Translations under genes and position numbers: made by a program
Shown here: one piece after another, positions 37,540 through 50,807 of the stretch
Layout of the letters: each line of letters begins with the position of its first letter
Numbering within the stretch: the first letter of the stretch is position 1
Notes under the pieces: model-generated
Seen by the model: the letters and a program-made list of their open reading frames with translations, nothing else
What the model was told of the DNA's origin: nothing
Databases searched by the model: none
NCBI RefSeq assembly: GCF_006345805.1
Contig: NC_043000.1
Coordinates: 87,916,001 to 87,980,000 of the forward strand
Source: Octopus sinensis
Taxonomy: Eukaryota
Direction: 5' to 3'
DNA: 64,000 nt

Positions 37540-37732
37540 CTGGATATGAGGTACAATGGAGCACAGAAAGCCTATGTATTGATCATCATCGACAGACGTA
37601 GCTAAGTAGGCTTGCTGAAATAGAATTTGCTGTATGGCAAGGCGAATAGGCATCATGGAATCCTGACGAACAGGGTCCAAAATTGTATAGAGCAGAAATG
37701 GTTTCAGGATGGCAACAGCATTTGAAGATATT
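37540..37732 (-). CDS. FOCAD: Focadhesin exon 2 of 13
   Basis: catag|...|gttggt; ISSNAVAILKPFLLYTILDPVRQDSMMPIRLAIQQILFQQ...FLCSIVPHIQ; 193 nt, in frame with both neighbours. Confidence 0.92.
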
Positions 37733-37953
37733 CTATGAGGGAAGAAAAAAGAAAAAAAAAAGAAGCATAAGATAATTGCTGATCAAAAGTGGACACAGAC
37801 ACACATTTATTCAACAAGACCATCAAACATAATAAATGCTATCTATTGACAAGGGCTTCTAGAGGAAATGAAGCTCATATTCCTGCCATTAAAGCATTAT
37901 TAACAACAAACCTTAATATTTAATGTGTTATTCTATACAAATAATTCACTTAC

Positions 37954-38055
37954 ATATCTTTCTGATGGACACATATTTGGTATATTTGCTGCTGTAGAAG
38001 AGGCCAACTCTCTGGACGGTTTGTACACACAGTAATGAATGGATGAGGTGGGGTT
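37954..38055 (-). CDS. FOCAD: Focadhesin, internal exon (first of 13 found)
   Basis: ttcccag|...|gtaag; encodes TPPHPFITVCTNRPESWPLLQQQIYQICVHQKD, similar to recalled vertebrate FOCAD NHPHPLITVLEHRPDCWP; phase 2 to phase 2. Confidence 0.93.
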
Positions 38056-38610
38056 CTGGGAAGAATAAAACATAAACAGCATATCAAAATCATAAAATTC
38101 TATGTGAAAGCAATATAAACATTACATCCGAAAAAAGAATTCAGTGGAAACATCTATGTTCCATAGAATTTATATAGTTAAACTTATTAGTGAGGTCAAA
38201 TTGCTGCTGTGACCACCAACATCATTATCATCATCATTTTAATGCCCTCTCCTATGTATTGGTCATGTGGAATTTATTGAAGCAGATTTTTCTATGGCCA
38301 GATGCCCTTCCTGTCACCAACCCTTGCCTGATTACAAGCAAGGTAATATTTTGCATAGTTAGACATACCAAATTCGAAATAAAGGACACCACTAGTATGA
38401 CAGTGATGCTCATTTACAACTGCCATGCAATGTCATGACAAGGATACACACACACACACATGCACACAAACATGCATATACATACAAATACAAATATACA
38501 TGCAGAAACATACATGTGTATGTTCATCATTATTTTATTTATTTTAATAAATATTTAGGAAAACTAAAGCATGTCTTTGATAATTACTGAATGTATTTTG
38601 TGCATGACGT

Positions 38611-38664
<54 letters not shown>

Positions 38665-38668
<4 letters not shown>

Positions 38669-39125
38669 ATAAGTTCTATCCAAATTTTGAATAAAGAAAG
38701 CAAGTGATCAAATGCTATATTTAATTGAAATCTAATCATTAATATACTTTCCCTGATTATCTATGACTTCCTTCCATCTATTTACAAGCTTTTTAATCCC
38801 ATCAATGTAAAACTCTTTTGGTTTCAAAGCGAAAAACTCTCAAATGTCAATTTCGACCTCCTTCTGGCTTGTGAAAGTTATGTCCCCCAAATGATTCTGT
38901 AAAGTATGAAACAAATGGTAGTCTGAAGGAGCAAGGTCAGAAGAATAAGGTAGATTAGGTGTTTTTTCCCAAACAAGTTCTTTGATCTTCTGTGATGTGA
39001 TCTTTGCAGTGTGGGGTTGTGCATTGTTCTGATGAAACATCACTCCTTTTCGATTCACTAAAGCGGGTCTTTTTTTCTTCAAAGCTTCATTCAAACGCTC
39101 TAATTGCTGACAGTAGACTTGAGCA
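38665..39125 (-). mobile_element. mariner transposase 3' fragment
   Basis: KKRPALVNRKGVMFHQNNAQPHT...PYSSDLAPSDYHLF (HDNA and YSPDLAPSDY motifs). Confidence 0.85.
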
Positions 39126-39864
39126 TACTCTACTGGAGGAATAAAGGTAGAATGAGATATTTTTGCCTCTTGGCTGAAACAGCTGTAAGTTATTTTCCCA
39201 ATTTATATTCCTGTATGTTATATTTTAATAATTACTGGTATCTTTATATATTAATATATTTTATATGTAACGCATAATATGTTATACATATATGTTTATT
39301 CTTGTAATTGTCATTTTAGCAAATAAATAAATAAGTTGACACAATATAATGTCTGAAAGTTGATGAACCACCTATTGCTCCCCTCCATTTTCTTATTGCT
39401 CTATAAATTAATGGTAAAATATCTCTTTACCCTCACCCATTTAGTACACTCGGTAATGTAATTGCAATGCAATAAAAAACACTTGTGTATTAATAATTGG
39501 GTATTCTACCAGTAGTATATTGGATAGATATTATCCCTTAGCTGGTTGGATTCACAACCTCTAACTTTCTTGGAATATATATATAAGGTTTATTTCAGTT
39601 TGTGTTGATCAAATATGCTCACAAAGCTTTGGTTGGCCTGTGGCTATAGTAGAAAAGACCTACATAAGGTACCATGCAGTGGAACTGAACCTGAAATCTA
39701 AACTACTAATTATAAATTGGTATTGTTGTTATTGCAAGGGAATTGAAAGGCAAAATTCATTTCTTTTTTCTAATTTTGAGAAACTTTATGACTTTATTCT
39801 GAGTTTTGGGTCATGGATTCCATAAAAAAAACTTCAACAAGTATTTTAACTTTTGTTAATGCTT

Positions 39865-40040
39865 AGAGAGAGAGAGAGAGAGAGAGAGTGGAAGGGAGAG
39901 AGTGAAAGGGAGAGAGTGGAAGGGAGAGAGAGAGGGAGAGAGAGAGGGAGAGAGTGAAAGGGAGAGAAAGAGAGAGTGGAAAGGAGAGAGAGAGAGGGAG
40001 AGAAAGAGAGAGAGTGGAAGGGAGAGAGGGAGAAAGAGAA
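39865..40040. repeat. Polypurine (AG)n/GAGAGTGGAAGG low-complexity tract
   Basis: Directly visible. Confidence 0.9.
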
Positions 40041-40364
40041 TGCTGGTGACAGGTTGTTTTTATCTCTAATTTTAAGAAATGATAATAACAATGATTTCAA
40101 GGTGTTACATAATTTTTGGCATTCACTATAAATTAACTCTACTATATTCTGAATCTCTATGGCAAGTGAGGAAGAAGAAAATGAAGCAAGCTATTTTCAA
40201 TGTCTTGTGAAAGACATTTTTCTTCCTTGACATCATTAATGCCAACTTTATTTTCCCCCTCTAAAACACATTTGTTGCCTTCTCACATAATAAAAAATAA
40301 ATATAATAAATAGGTATATGATAAGTATCAACTTAAGTTTACAATCTACTTTTGATAGTGATAG

Positions 40365-40698
40365 TGACCCCCTTTGGTCAGACACTGACCATGGGTTTGC
40401 ACCTAGAGAGTTACTCTCTGAGGCACAAGTCTGGGCAAGGTTGTTTCATGGAAGACCAGCAGTCGCCCATGCATACCAGCCTCCCCTCTCCACGTCACCG
40501 ATGTTGTCCAAGGGAAAGGCAAGGGCCGATACAGCTTGGCACCTGTGACGTCGCAACTCATTTCTACAGCTGAGTGAACTGAAGCAATGTGAAATAAAGT
40601 GTCTTGCTCAAGAACACAACACGCAGCCCGGTCCGGGATTCGAGCTCACAACCTCATGATCGTAAGCTCGACGCTCTAACCACTGAGCCACGCGCCTT
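40365..40698 (-). mobile_element. tRNA-derived SINE family C
   Basis: GGCGCGTGGCTCAGTGGTTAGAGCG A-box and GCTCGAATCCC B-box-like head; copies at 1878-2205 (+), 7010-7305 (+) and 52665-52934/55767-55783 (-, split by the hAT). Confidence 0.88.
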
Positions 40699-43600
40699 CC
40701 AGTTTTACTCCTCAAACATAACGTTATTGCAACATTATCAGTCACTACCCAGTCACTAATTCTCTCAACTGAAGAGTCCTTGTGCTTTCCTAATGAAGAA
40801 ATCAATGTTATGAAAGTATCAAAAATGCCAATAGTTTTTTTCAATTAATGATATTTTGCAAGTGTTTATGCCCTTCTTAATAAAAACCTTATGATTGGTT
40901 TTGTCTTTAGATTAATCTTTAGCTCTTGAACATTTAAACTAACTGTATCTGGCCCAAATATTTTTTCCTGTTTTATGTTCAAAATGGCCAGATCTGGCCT
41001 TCCACACCTACTTTACAAAGTCATTCCGAAAATATGCAATCACATGGGTGAAATCTCAAAGCTATGAGATAATGCCTGATTAATTCAAAATGAAGTTAAG
41101 AAGCATAAATAATACAGCATCAGCTTTTCCTTGATATCACCAATCTTTTCACACCAAATTTCTATATATTCATAATTCATATACTCTGAAAGGCATTTGT
41201 AGAATTTTTATTTAAAAAAACCATTTTTCTGAAAGTTATGAGGCAACAATGCTAACACATGTCAGTTTTCTGAAAATCCTCTCCCACTCTCTTTAAAACT
41301 TTATTTTTTCACTACAAATTCCAATATAATTTGAATATACACCACCTGAAGAGTATTTGTAGAAAATTCAATCAAACAAGATTTCTATTTTTCTGGAAGT
41401 TATGAGGAAACAAAGTCAGTGGGGCACATTTGTGTATGTAGGCCCATTACTTTAACATAAATAATACTAAGATTACATTGCTATTATATACTGACATATC
41501 AGCTTCCTTTGCTTCACTTTCATTCTGTATGTATCAATACATAATTACATAACCACATGCTATATATAAACAAAGAATATATTTATTTTGTTCAGTTTGC
41601 ATCAAAAAGGTGATAACAATCTGAATGCGATGAGTTCAGTTTTTTGCTACATATAAACATAAACAGGATAATGGTATTTATAATGATATTGTTTTTAGTT
41701 ATGAATACTAACTGTATCAAAAAATGCACCATAGTGTGTGTGTGTATTAAAATTTATTGGCAGTATTCAGGTAATAAATTTTCATTGCTTTAGGTTTTCT
41801 GTTATTGATGTTCATTCTTCATTTATGTTGTATATCTTGCCAGCTTTTTCCTCAGATTCATGTCATATGTATACTTATGTACGTATGCTATAAGAATTTA
41901 TAATACAATGATATGCAACCAATGTAAAACAAGCAGTCTTAAAGATAGCTTGTTTGTACTAGTATATATTTAAAGATATATATTTATTATTCTCAAATTT
42001 GTACTCTACAAAAGTATAAAGGAGTTCATCAGATTAATGTAAAATTATTTTTATTATAACTGCATATAAAAACAAACACATAATAATAATAATAATAATA
42101 ATAATTAAAAGTGCAATGTTACACTGATCACATATCGCAGCTCCAGCAAAACAGGTTATTCTCAAACAACCAGAGGCAGTTTTTTAAGGACTGAGTATGA
42201 GATAAAGACGATAATATGAGATCCAAACTCCATCATCTGGAGGCTCCATGACAGGACCATGTGCGCATAACAATGGAAGATGTAATTGCACAGGTATCAA
42301 AATTGCCAAACTGGAAAGCAGCAGGACCAGACAGAAATCAAGGCAACAGCTCATGTGGTTTAGGTCAACACACAAGTGAACTGCATTGCAGTTAGACAAT
42401 TGCCTACAGAGTGGTGCAGTTCTGGAGTGGATTATAGAGAGAAAGACAATATTGCTGATGAAAGATCAAAGGGAAATGAGGTTGGCAATTATCGACCCAT
42501 TGCTTGCCTTAACCTCTTATGGAGAATATTAACAGGCATCCTCACAGAGAAAATACATACGTTCCTTGCAGAAAACAATCTACTTCTGGTAGAGCAAAAG
42601 GGATGCTGGAAAGGATCCAAATGGTACAAAAAAAATTTGTACATGGCCTGGACAGACTTTAAAAAGGCTTATGACATGTTGCCACATTCATAGATTTGAC
42701 ATATGTGGAATAGCTGAGAATATATGTGCACTGATTAAGAACAGTATGCCTAGTTGGAAAACACATTTTTTCTGTAACAACAATCAAAAGTGGTATCTTC
42801 CAAGGAGACTCTTGTTAACGTTTCTTATTTGTTATAGCCTTGATCCTACTTTCTGTAGTCCTATGCAAAGTCAATGTGCACTATAAGCTGAGAAAGAATG
42901 GATCTCATCTCAACCACCTTCTCTTCATGGATGATTTAAAACTGTTCGCAAAAACAGAGCCTGAAATGGAGAGGCTGGTTGAGACTGTACAGATGTGCAG
43001 CAAGGATATAGGGAATTCGGTATCTTGAAGTTTGCGGTGCTCACTTTGAAATGAGGTAAAAGAGGAGATTGTAAGGGCGTAGAATTCCCAAACAGAGAGT
43101 GAGTGGAAGACCCATATGATGATGGGTACAAGTACCTTGGGATCCTGAAGCAGGACAATATCTTGCACAGAGAAATGAAAGACAAGGTAATCACTGCATA
43201 TTTGAAGCACCTCAAACTTCTCTTGAAATCAAAACTGAACTCAAGGTACTTGGGGACTGCCATCAACATATGGGTTGTTGCTGTGGTCCGCTACAGTATA
43301 CCCATCCTGAAATAGACATGAGTGGGGATTAACCAACTCGACTGCACTACCTGAATGATGATGGCAATGAATAGGCGAACATACACAGGCTCTACATGAA
43401 GGGGTGTAACGGTGGGCTGATTAGAATATGGTAGTGCATCAACAGTGAAAGAAGAAACATGGCAGAATATTTGATAAACAGCAAACAAGACCTGCTACAG
43501 TATGTTGCTAATGCAGAAGGATTTACCAAAAATGGACTTGAGAGTGTTAATGAATTCCAAACACAAACAGCCAATGTAAGAGAAAAAACTCTATTCTGCA

Positions 43601-43920
43601 TGGTATTACTTGGTCAGTTCCACTGTAAAACTAACAACTTAAAAGACCCAGAAGCATCCTAGAGGTAGCTCAGCAAGGGTAACCTAAAAAAGAAGACTGA
43701 AAGCCTAATCATTGCTGCCCCGGATCAGGCATTGAATACCAACTCAGTGAAAAGAGATATATACCACTCGACTGGCTTCTGTGCTGGTGGCACATAAAAA
43801 GCACCAACCAATCGTAGGATCCCGGAACATCTTGCTGTGCTTGAGGAGACCTGTTGAGTCAAGTGCATGTACATGTACATGAACATTGAACCAAATATCA
43901 ATGGAAACAGTAGTTGTGAT

Positions 43921-45705
43921 CATCATCATTGTTCGACCGTGGTCGAGACAATGGAATTTACCATGTTGCGCCAGACTTCACGGTCCATCATAGCATTACG
44001 GAGGTCCTGTTGCTGGATGCCTGTATCCTTGGAGATTACATCAGGGTAGGAGAGTGTGCGCCCTCTGGTGTTGCGAGTAGATGGCTTCCAGAGGAGAAGA
44101 GTAGAAATTACTTCTTTTTCAGCTCTACAACAATGTCCAGCAAACTGGACTCTCCTACCTTTCACAAGAGATGACACAGGTGGTAATTTCCCATATATTT
44201 GCATTTTAGTTGGATGGCGCCTCCACGAGAGATTTTGAGCTCTCATAAGGAGGCGAGTGTAGGTTCCATCTAACTGCCTCTCAAGCTTCTTTGATAACGT
44301 CCAGGTTTCTGAGCCATATAGTAGGATTGGTTCGACTGTGGCTTTGAATATTTCAAGTTTGAAGTCTCTACTTAGATTTGATGACCAGATCTTATGCATG
44401 TCATTACAGGCTGACCAGGCCATACCCTTTCTAGTTAGAAAGTCTTTTCCAGATGATGATATGTATGACCAAGATATTTATAATCAGAAACCATATTTAA
44501 AGGTGCACTGTTGAGAGTGTGGATGATGCAATCACTGTTGGACAGGCACTTGTTTATGTATTCAGTTTTGGTCTCATTGAGGTAAAGACCTACACAATTT
44601 GAGGCTTGTTCAAGAGATTGTAAAAGAGACTGGGCATTGGAGAGAGAATCACTGATAAGAGCGATGTCGTCAGCAAAGTCAGTGTCTGTCAAGTACTCAG
44701 CTGGGTGTCTGGAACTTCTTCTTGGTTTTATTTCAAAGCCCTTGCCAGAGATGGTATCAACTGACATACGTAGCACATAATCAACAACAATGATGAAAAG
44801 AAATGGGGCGAGTGTGTCTCCCTGCAGTATTCCGGCCTCGATCGAGAAAGATGATGTTTCTCCATCAGGGGTTAAGATGGTTGAAGACGTATCTGTGTAG
44901 AGGACCTTGATGGCAGAAATAATTTTGTCTGGTATCCCATAGAGCTTAAGGATTTCAAACATCTTGCACCTATCTACAGAATCGAACGCTTTAGAAAAGT
45001 CTACAAATACCATTGCAAGATCGCGATTAAATGCTTTTGATTCTTCAATAAGTCTGCGCAGGCATAGTATCTGGCTCAGCGTTGAGCACCCATGTCTGAA
45101 TCCATTTTGGTTCTTTCGGAGCAAAGGTTCAACAAAAAGGACAAGATGATTTAGGATCAGTTTGTTGTACAGTTTTGCAGCAATTGACATTAGAGATATG
45201 CCCCTGTAGTTGGTGACGAGGGACAAATCGCCTTTTTTGGGTATTGGAATGATTTGAGATTGGTGCCAAATCTTTGGAGCGACAAAGGTGGAAAGTGTGT
45301 GGTTGCAGAGGTTAAGCAAAAGTGTGTGAAATCTATCATCCTTCCAAATCACAGCCGGAATGTTGTCGGGACCAAATGCTTTCGAGGCTTTTAGTTGCTT
45401 GGTGGCTGCTGTTAGTTCAAATATGGTAAAAGGGGAGGTGTTGATGTCCAGCGTGTCTGATATAAGCACACTTGGGAGAGTGGGGTTATCAGGGATTTTG
45501 GCATTCTTCCCAAGGAGGTTTTTAAAATGGGTTGACCAATTTTCTAAACGCTTCTTAGCTGATCCCCCTTTAATTCTAATTGATGACCCAGAATTTTTGC
45601 CTGATAGGTCTTTGATGGATTTCCAGGCGAGATGGTGTTTTTTACTAATGTGCTCTTTCGATAGTTTACTAATTTTGCCATTGATAAATTCGACCTCGGC
45701 GTTCA
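43921..45705 (-). mobile_element. 5'-truncated non-LTR retrotransposon (RTE-related RT) with (TGA)n tail
   Basis: TSD AGTAGTTGTGAT at 43909-43920 and 45706-45717; ORFs with KAFGPDNI, QNGFR, FVDFSKAFDSV, QGDTLAPFLF, FADDIAL and LLYGSETW; ORF ends directly in CAA-TGA-TGA-TG. Confidence 0.92.
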
Positions 45706-46665
45706 AGTAGTTGTGATACCTGTGCCGGTGACACATAAAAAGCACCATCCGAACGTGGCCGTTGCCAGTGAACATCGAATCAAATATCAATGGAAACAGT
45801 AGTTGTGATACCTGTGCCGGTGACACATAAAAAGCACCATCCAAACGTGGCCGTTGCCAGTGAACATCGAATCAAATATCAATGGAAACAGTAGTTGTGA
45901 TACCTGTGCCGGTGACACATAAAAAGCACCTCCACTGGCTTCTGTGCCGGTGGCACATAAAAAGCACCATCCGAACGTGACCGATGCCAACCCTGCCTCG
46001 AATGGCTTCTGTGCCAGTGGCACATAAAAAGCACCATCCAAACGTGGCCGATGCCAGCACCGCTCCGACTGGCTTCTGTGCCGGTGGCACATAAAAAGCA
46101 CCATCCGAGCGTGGCCAACGCCAGCACCGCCTCGACTGGCTTCTGTGCCGGTGGCACATAAAAAGCACCAACCGATCGTGGGATCCCGGAACATCTCGCT
46201 GTGCTTGAGGAGACCTGTTGAGTCAAGTGCATGTACATGAACATCGAACCAAATATCAATGGAAACAGTAGTTGTGATACCTGTGCCGGTGGCACATAAA
46301 AAGCATCATCCGAACGTGACCGATGCCAACCCTGCCTTGAATGGCTTCTGTGCCGGTGGCACATAAAAAGCACCATCCGAATGTGGCCGATGCCAGCACC
46401 GCCTTGACTGGCTTCTGTGCCGGTGGCACATAAAAAAGCACCAACCGATCGTGGCCGATGCCAGACCCCTCTGGCACCTTTGTAGGCGGCACGTAAAAAG
46501 CACCCACTACACTCGCGGAGTGGTTGGCGTTAGGAAGGGCATCCAGCTGTAGAAACACTGCCAGATCAGACTGGAGCCTGGGGCAGCCCCTGGCTCCCCA
46601 GACCCCGGTTGAACCGTCCAACCCGTGCTAGCGCGGAAAACGGACGTTAAACGATGATGATGATG
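45706..46665 (+). repeat. RTE 3'-UTR copy with tandem expansion of a GTGCCGGTGGCACATAAAAAGCACC-containing unit
   Basis: About 11 copies of the core at spacings of mainly 67 and 92 bp; ends in the RTE tail and (GAT)n; its 5' part lies at 43770-43920. Confidence 0.85.
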
Positions 46666-48259
46666 AAGTGCTACGAACCTCTGCAGAATGTGTGGGAAGA
46701 AGATCAAAAGCATGACTCACATTGTTAGTGCTTGTGAAAGCTGTGCACAGAAAGAGTACATACGCAGACAACAAGGTAGTGCAAAACCTTCACTGATTAC
46801 TATACTGGAAGTATGGATATGAAGTAATGGGTGCTTGTTTTTAGACTTTATTAATGTATTGTGACATACATTTCTGCATTCCTGATGTTCATTTGTGAGG
46901 ACATTTTCACAATAATATTATTGAATATTATTTATATCATAGGAGCTTTTATGAACTCATTCAGAGGCATTTGCCTAAAACAAATTAAACACACACACAT
47001 ATGTATATATATATATATACAACACACATTTGCATATGTGTGTGTTTATGCCTCTAAGTCTTGATATCTTTTGATAGTTGTAAATGAGTGTTACTGTCAT
47101 AGTAACAATGTCAGTTGTTTTTCCATGAAACCATATCTAGCTATGAAGAAATAGTACTTTGCTTGAAAACAGGTGAAAGTTGGCAACAGGAAGAGCATCT
47201 GACTCAAAAGAGCATAGAAAAGTAGACATTAAAACAATGATGATGACGATGATGACTATATTTCTATTAGGTATCACTATGAATTTTGAAAATATTTAAA
47301 AGTAATGTCTACTGTATTTTTTTTGTTTTTTTTGTTTTTGGTGAGCATCCCAAAAGGAATATTTTGATACCACATTTGTGAAATCTGGATGAATATTTTA
47401 AGAGATGTGACAATTTGAATGATCAGCAAATTGGTCAAAGTTTTGCCTAATCAGCCTAAATGAATAATTAGCCATATTTGTGATGTAATGGTTTTGAAAC
47501 CAAGGTGATAATCATCTTCAAATTGTGCAAATTAACAGTCTCCATGATATAGCAGTTGCTTATTTCTTTTCAGGTTCTTGAAAATGAAATAAAATGAATC
47601 AGCACTACTTATGGACAGGTAAACATTACCACAAATTATCTGACTATTCAAAATTGGTAAAAAGAAAGAAAACAAAATATAATAATGAACTTTAATAGCC
47701 TACAAAATAATATTCACTGCACAATATAATTTTTATTGGTGAAATTTGACCAATCTTTCTCAAAGAAAAATGAAATTTACATATACCAAAATACCTACTA
47801 GGTAATATTTGGACATCACTCTCCACACATTAAAGCAGTGAGAGGGAATAAACAACATCTTCAATGTGATGAATCCATGCTAATTTTGGGCTCTAGAAGA
47901 CTTATGTAGCTCAATTTAGCAAGGTTTTTTTTCCATAGAAGTATATGTTTACTTAGTAATTAGTTTGTCCATTTCTAGAAATTCTGGCTCAAATTTGATA
48001 TTTGAAACTTTGGATTCATGTTCCATTTGACCTCTCATCATGCAGAAATACACCAGTTTGACAAGTAGCATCAGTATGTGTTAAACCTATATGAGCTGCT
48101 GTGGTAGTACCATTGACTTTGTGCTTTTTTGCTATATCATGGTCAGATTCAGCAATGACTGAATTAAATTCATGAGAAATTTTTCTTTCTTATGATATAA
48201 AAATCTTGAAGAAAATATGTTCTTTTTTGAATGAACACTAACGATAAACTTATTTCTAT

Positions 48260-48762
48260 TTATGCACCCTTTTCAAGCCTAGCCAGGCTCATGGGCCCAG
48301 TTTCCGTAGCGTATGTGTTCCCCGCCAGCTGGACGGGATGCCAGTCCATTGCAGCATTACTCAAGAAACAGGAAGAGAGAGTGAGAGAAAGTTGGGGTGA
48401 AAGAGTACAACAGGGGTTGCTGGAGCCTCGTGGAGCTTGAGGTGTTTTCGCTCAATAAACACACACAACGCCCGGTCTGGGAATCAAAACTGCGCCATTG
48501 CGCCTCCACAAAGTGTGCCCTTTTAAAGCCTAGCCAGGCTCATGGGCCCGGTTTATCAGTTTCAATGGCGTATGTGTTCCCTAGCTGGATGGGACGCCAG
48601 TCCATCGCAGTGTTACTCATTTTGGCCAGCTGAGTGGACTGGAGCAATGTTAAATGAAGTGTTTTGCTCAAGAACACAACGTGTTCGCCTGGTCCAGGAA
48701 TCGAAACCACAATCTTATGATCATGATACTGACACCTTAACCACTAAGCCACATGCCTCCAC
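48260..48762 (-). mobile_element. Two tandem SINE family D copies
   Basis: tRNA-like head shared with family C, GATGGACTGGCGTCCCATCCAG body, CCTGGCTAGGCTT tail; third copy at 26970-27220. Confidence 0.8.
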
Positions 48763-50807
48763 AATGATAAACTTACCGTTCTTTTATATTTCATAATGAT
48801 TATCTGACCTACTCCTATTGATTTTTATATCAAATTAAGCAAAAATAGTCCTCTTCAATGACTGGATGATTTTGAACACAAAGCGAATTATAGTGCTCCA
48901 GTACTTTGAACTAGAACTAGAGCTACCATTCAGCAGTCAAAAAATAATAAAATAAAATAGGAAAAACTTTGTGAAAGGGTGGAAATAACAGGGTGTTTAA
49001 GGGACCCTGGTATGATATATATCAAATTTTGATCAAAACTATATGAGAAGGAAGTTCACATTCAGAACTTTCAAATGATATATAATTTTTCATGAAAAAA
49101 AATGTATTTTGACATGAAAATGACCTTGCAAAAAAGTGTGTTTTTGCATGTTCTTTTGAAGGTAGTCTATAGTGATACTGACTTCTATTGAAATGCTGAA
49201 TATATTCCAATTCAATTGAATGGCAAGAGTTTGGAGGAGTTTAATAAAACAACTTTGTCATTAGGATGGTGTTCTGATGATGGTGGTGATAATGATAGTG
49301 GTGGTAGTGGTAATAATAATGGTGGTAGTAGTAATGAATGAGGTGGTGATAGCAATGATGATAGCAAAAGCCTTGATGGTACCAATAGTAGATGTGACAG
49401 CAGTAGTCCTTTGGTCTACAGATTGTTAACTGCGGTGAAAGTAGGCTTTGCTCTGAAATTCAACACTCCACTGGTTGTTCACTGTGAAAATTGTGCAAAT
49501 TGCATCTTTCATATATCTTACAAGTGACTGGTGAGTGCTGTTGCTATGGCAATATATATATATATATATATATGTATACACACACATACATATAAAACCC
49601 ATTAGCCTGTTTAAAAAACACCCTTCTGGAGAAGTGCTTAAACATGCTGTTATGAAATGATTGGTATTGATTATGCAATAGATGTATTCTCGTGATGGAG
49701 CTTACCAAAGTTTCCCATAATGCTAATTAGTTTTGGAATGATTACAGGAAAGGTAGCACATGGCTTGATCAATAAAAAGACAGAGAATTATACATATGCT
49801 GGTACTGTTGATTACATGTTTGGATGTATGTGTTACTTTAGGCACTGACTGAATGAAAGAGAGAGAGAGAATGAAATATGTACAGATAGATAGATAGTGA
49901 TATAGATAGAAGGATAGAGAGATAGAGACAGAAGGGAAAAGTAAGTGAGAAGTAGAGAAAGATTGAGAAAGTGAATCTATGTTTTCATTAGAGGGCTGGA
50001 TAAAACCTATATGCTCTCTGAAAGAGAATGTATGTTGCAAGAGGTAAGAGTATATTAATATATGTTAACATTAACATTTATTATTTGTATGTTACATGTG
50101 TTTAGACAGCCACACACATTTTTTTTTTCATTATAAAAAGAGGTAGAAGGACAAAGAAGGGTGCATGCCCACATTCTAAGTCCTGATTTAGCAGACCCAT
50201 GATCAAAGTCATTCTAGCTTTGGCTAGAACATGATCCAATGTAGCCTTTATTTAAGGCAGTAGGATATGTTGAGGGAATATGCTTGCTATTTCTAGCCAG
50301 CTGCAGTGACCATGTAGAGGTTTTCCTGTTGGCTCAAAGGAGACCAAGTAGCAGAGATAACTGGGTGAAGTTAGAGAAGTTGATATTAAATATAAATAAT
50401 TGTTTATGTGTGAATATTTTTAAATAAAATTTCAAAAACAAAATAACAAAATGAACTACACTAACATATCTACTCATTCTTTGTATATTTTAAGAGATTC
50501 ACACATAAATATGCTGATCATCATCATCATCATCGTTTAACGTACGCTTTCCATGCTAGCATGGGTTGGACGATTTGACTGAGGTCTGGCGAACCAGATG
50601 ACTGCACCAGACTCCAAATTGATCTGGCAGAGTTTCTACAGCTGGATGCCCTCCCTAACGCCAACCACTCTGAGAGTGTAATGGGTGCTTTTACGTGCCA
50701 CCAGCATGATGGCCAGTCAGGCAGTACTGGCAACAGCCACATCCAAATGGTGCTTTTTATGTGCCACCTGCACAGGAGCCAGTCCAGCGGTATTGGTAAT
50801 GACCAAT

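Larger units (their letters stand above)
42108..46830 (+). mobile_element. Decayed R4/Dong-type LINE, split by nested insertions (own sequence about 42108-43769 and 46666-46830)
   Basis: QNRLFSNNQRQF, PNWKAAGPD, NYRPIACLN, EQKGC, AWTDFKKAYD, NHLLFMDDLKLFA, YKYLG, TESLIIAAPDQALNTN; resumes as LCRMCG...THIVSAC (CCHC). Confidence 0.85.

Noticed and set aside
39125-39192. GAAACAGCTGTAAG, hammerhead-like 3' half
   Set aside because: No clean CTGANGA core or stem II upstream; at most a decayed PLE end.
40620-40698. tRNA gene
   Set aside because: It is the tRNA-derived head of SINE family C; it runs into the SINE body and lacks a complete acceptor stem.
44435-45844. 469-aa ORF taken at face value as a gene with a novel N-terminus
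   Set aside because: The first 46 or so residues are read-through from the flanking repeat array; the rest is a 5'-truncated LINE RT.
45706-46505. Repeat-spacer appearance resembling a CRISPR array
   Set aside because: The linkers are themselves repeated, the unit is part of the RTE 3' UTR seen elsewhere in the window, there are no cas genes, and the context is eukaryotic.
48770-48830. Candidate upstream exon ending CG|GTAAG
   Set aside because: A TGA occurs five codons upstream in the required phase.
49700-49850. Candidate upstream FOCAD exon ending at GTAAG
   Set aside because: In-frame stops, wrong phase for the 38055 acceptor, and no convincing similarity.
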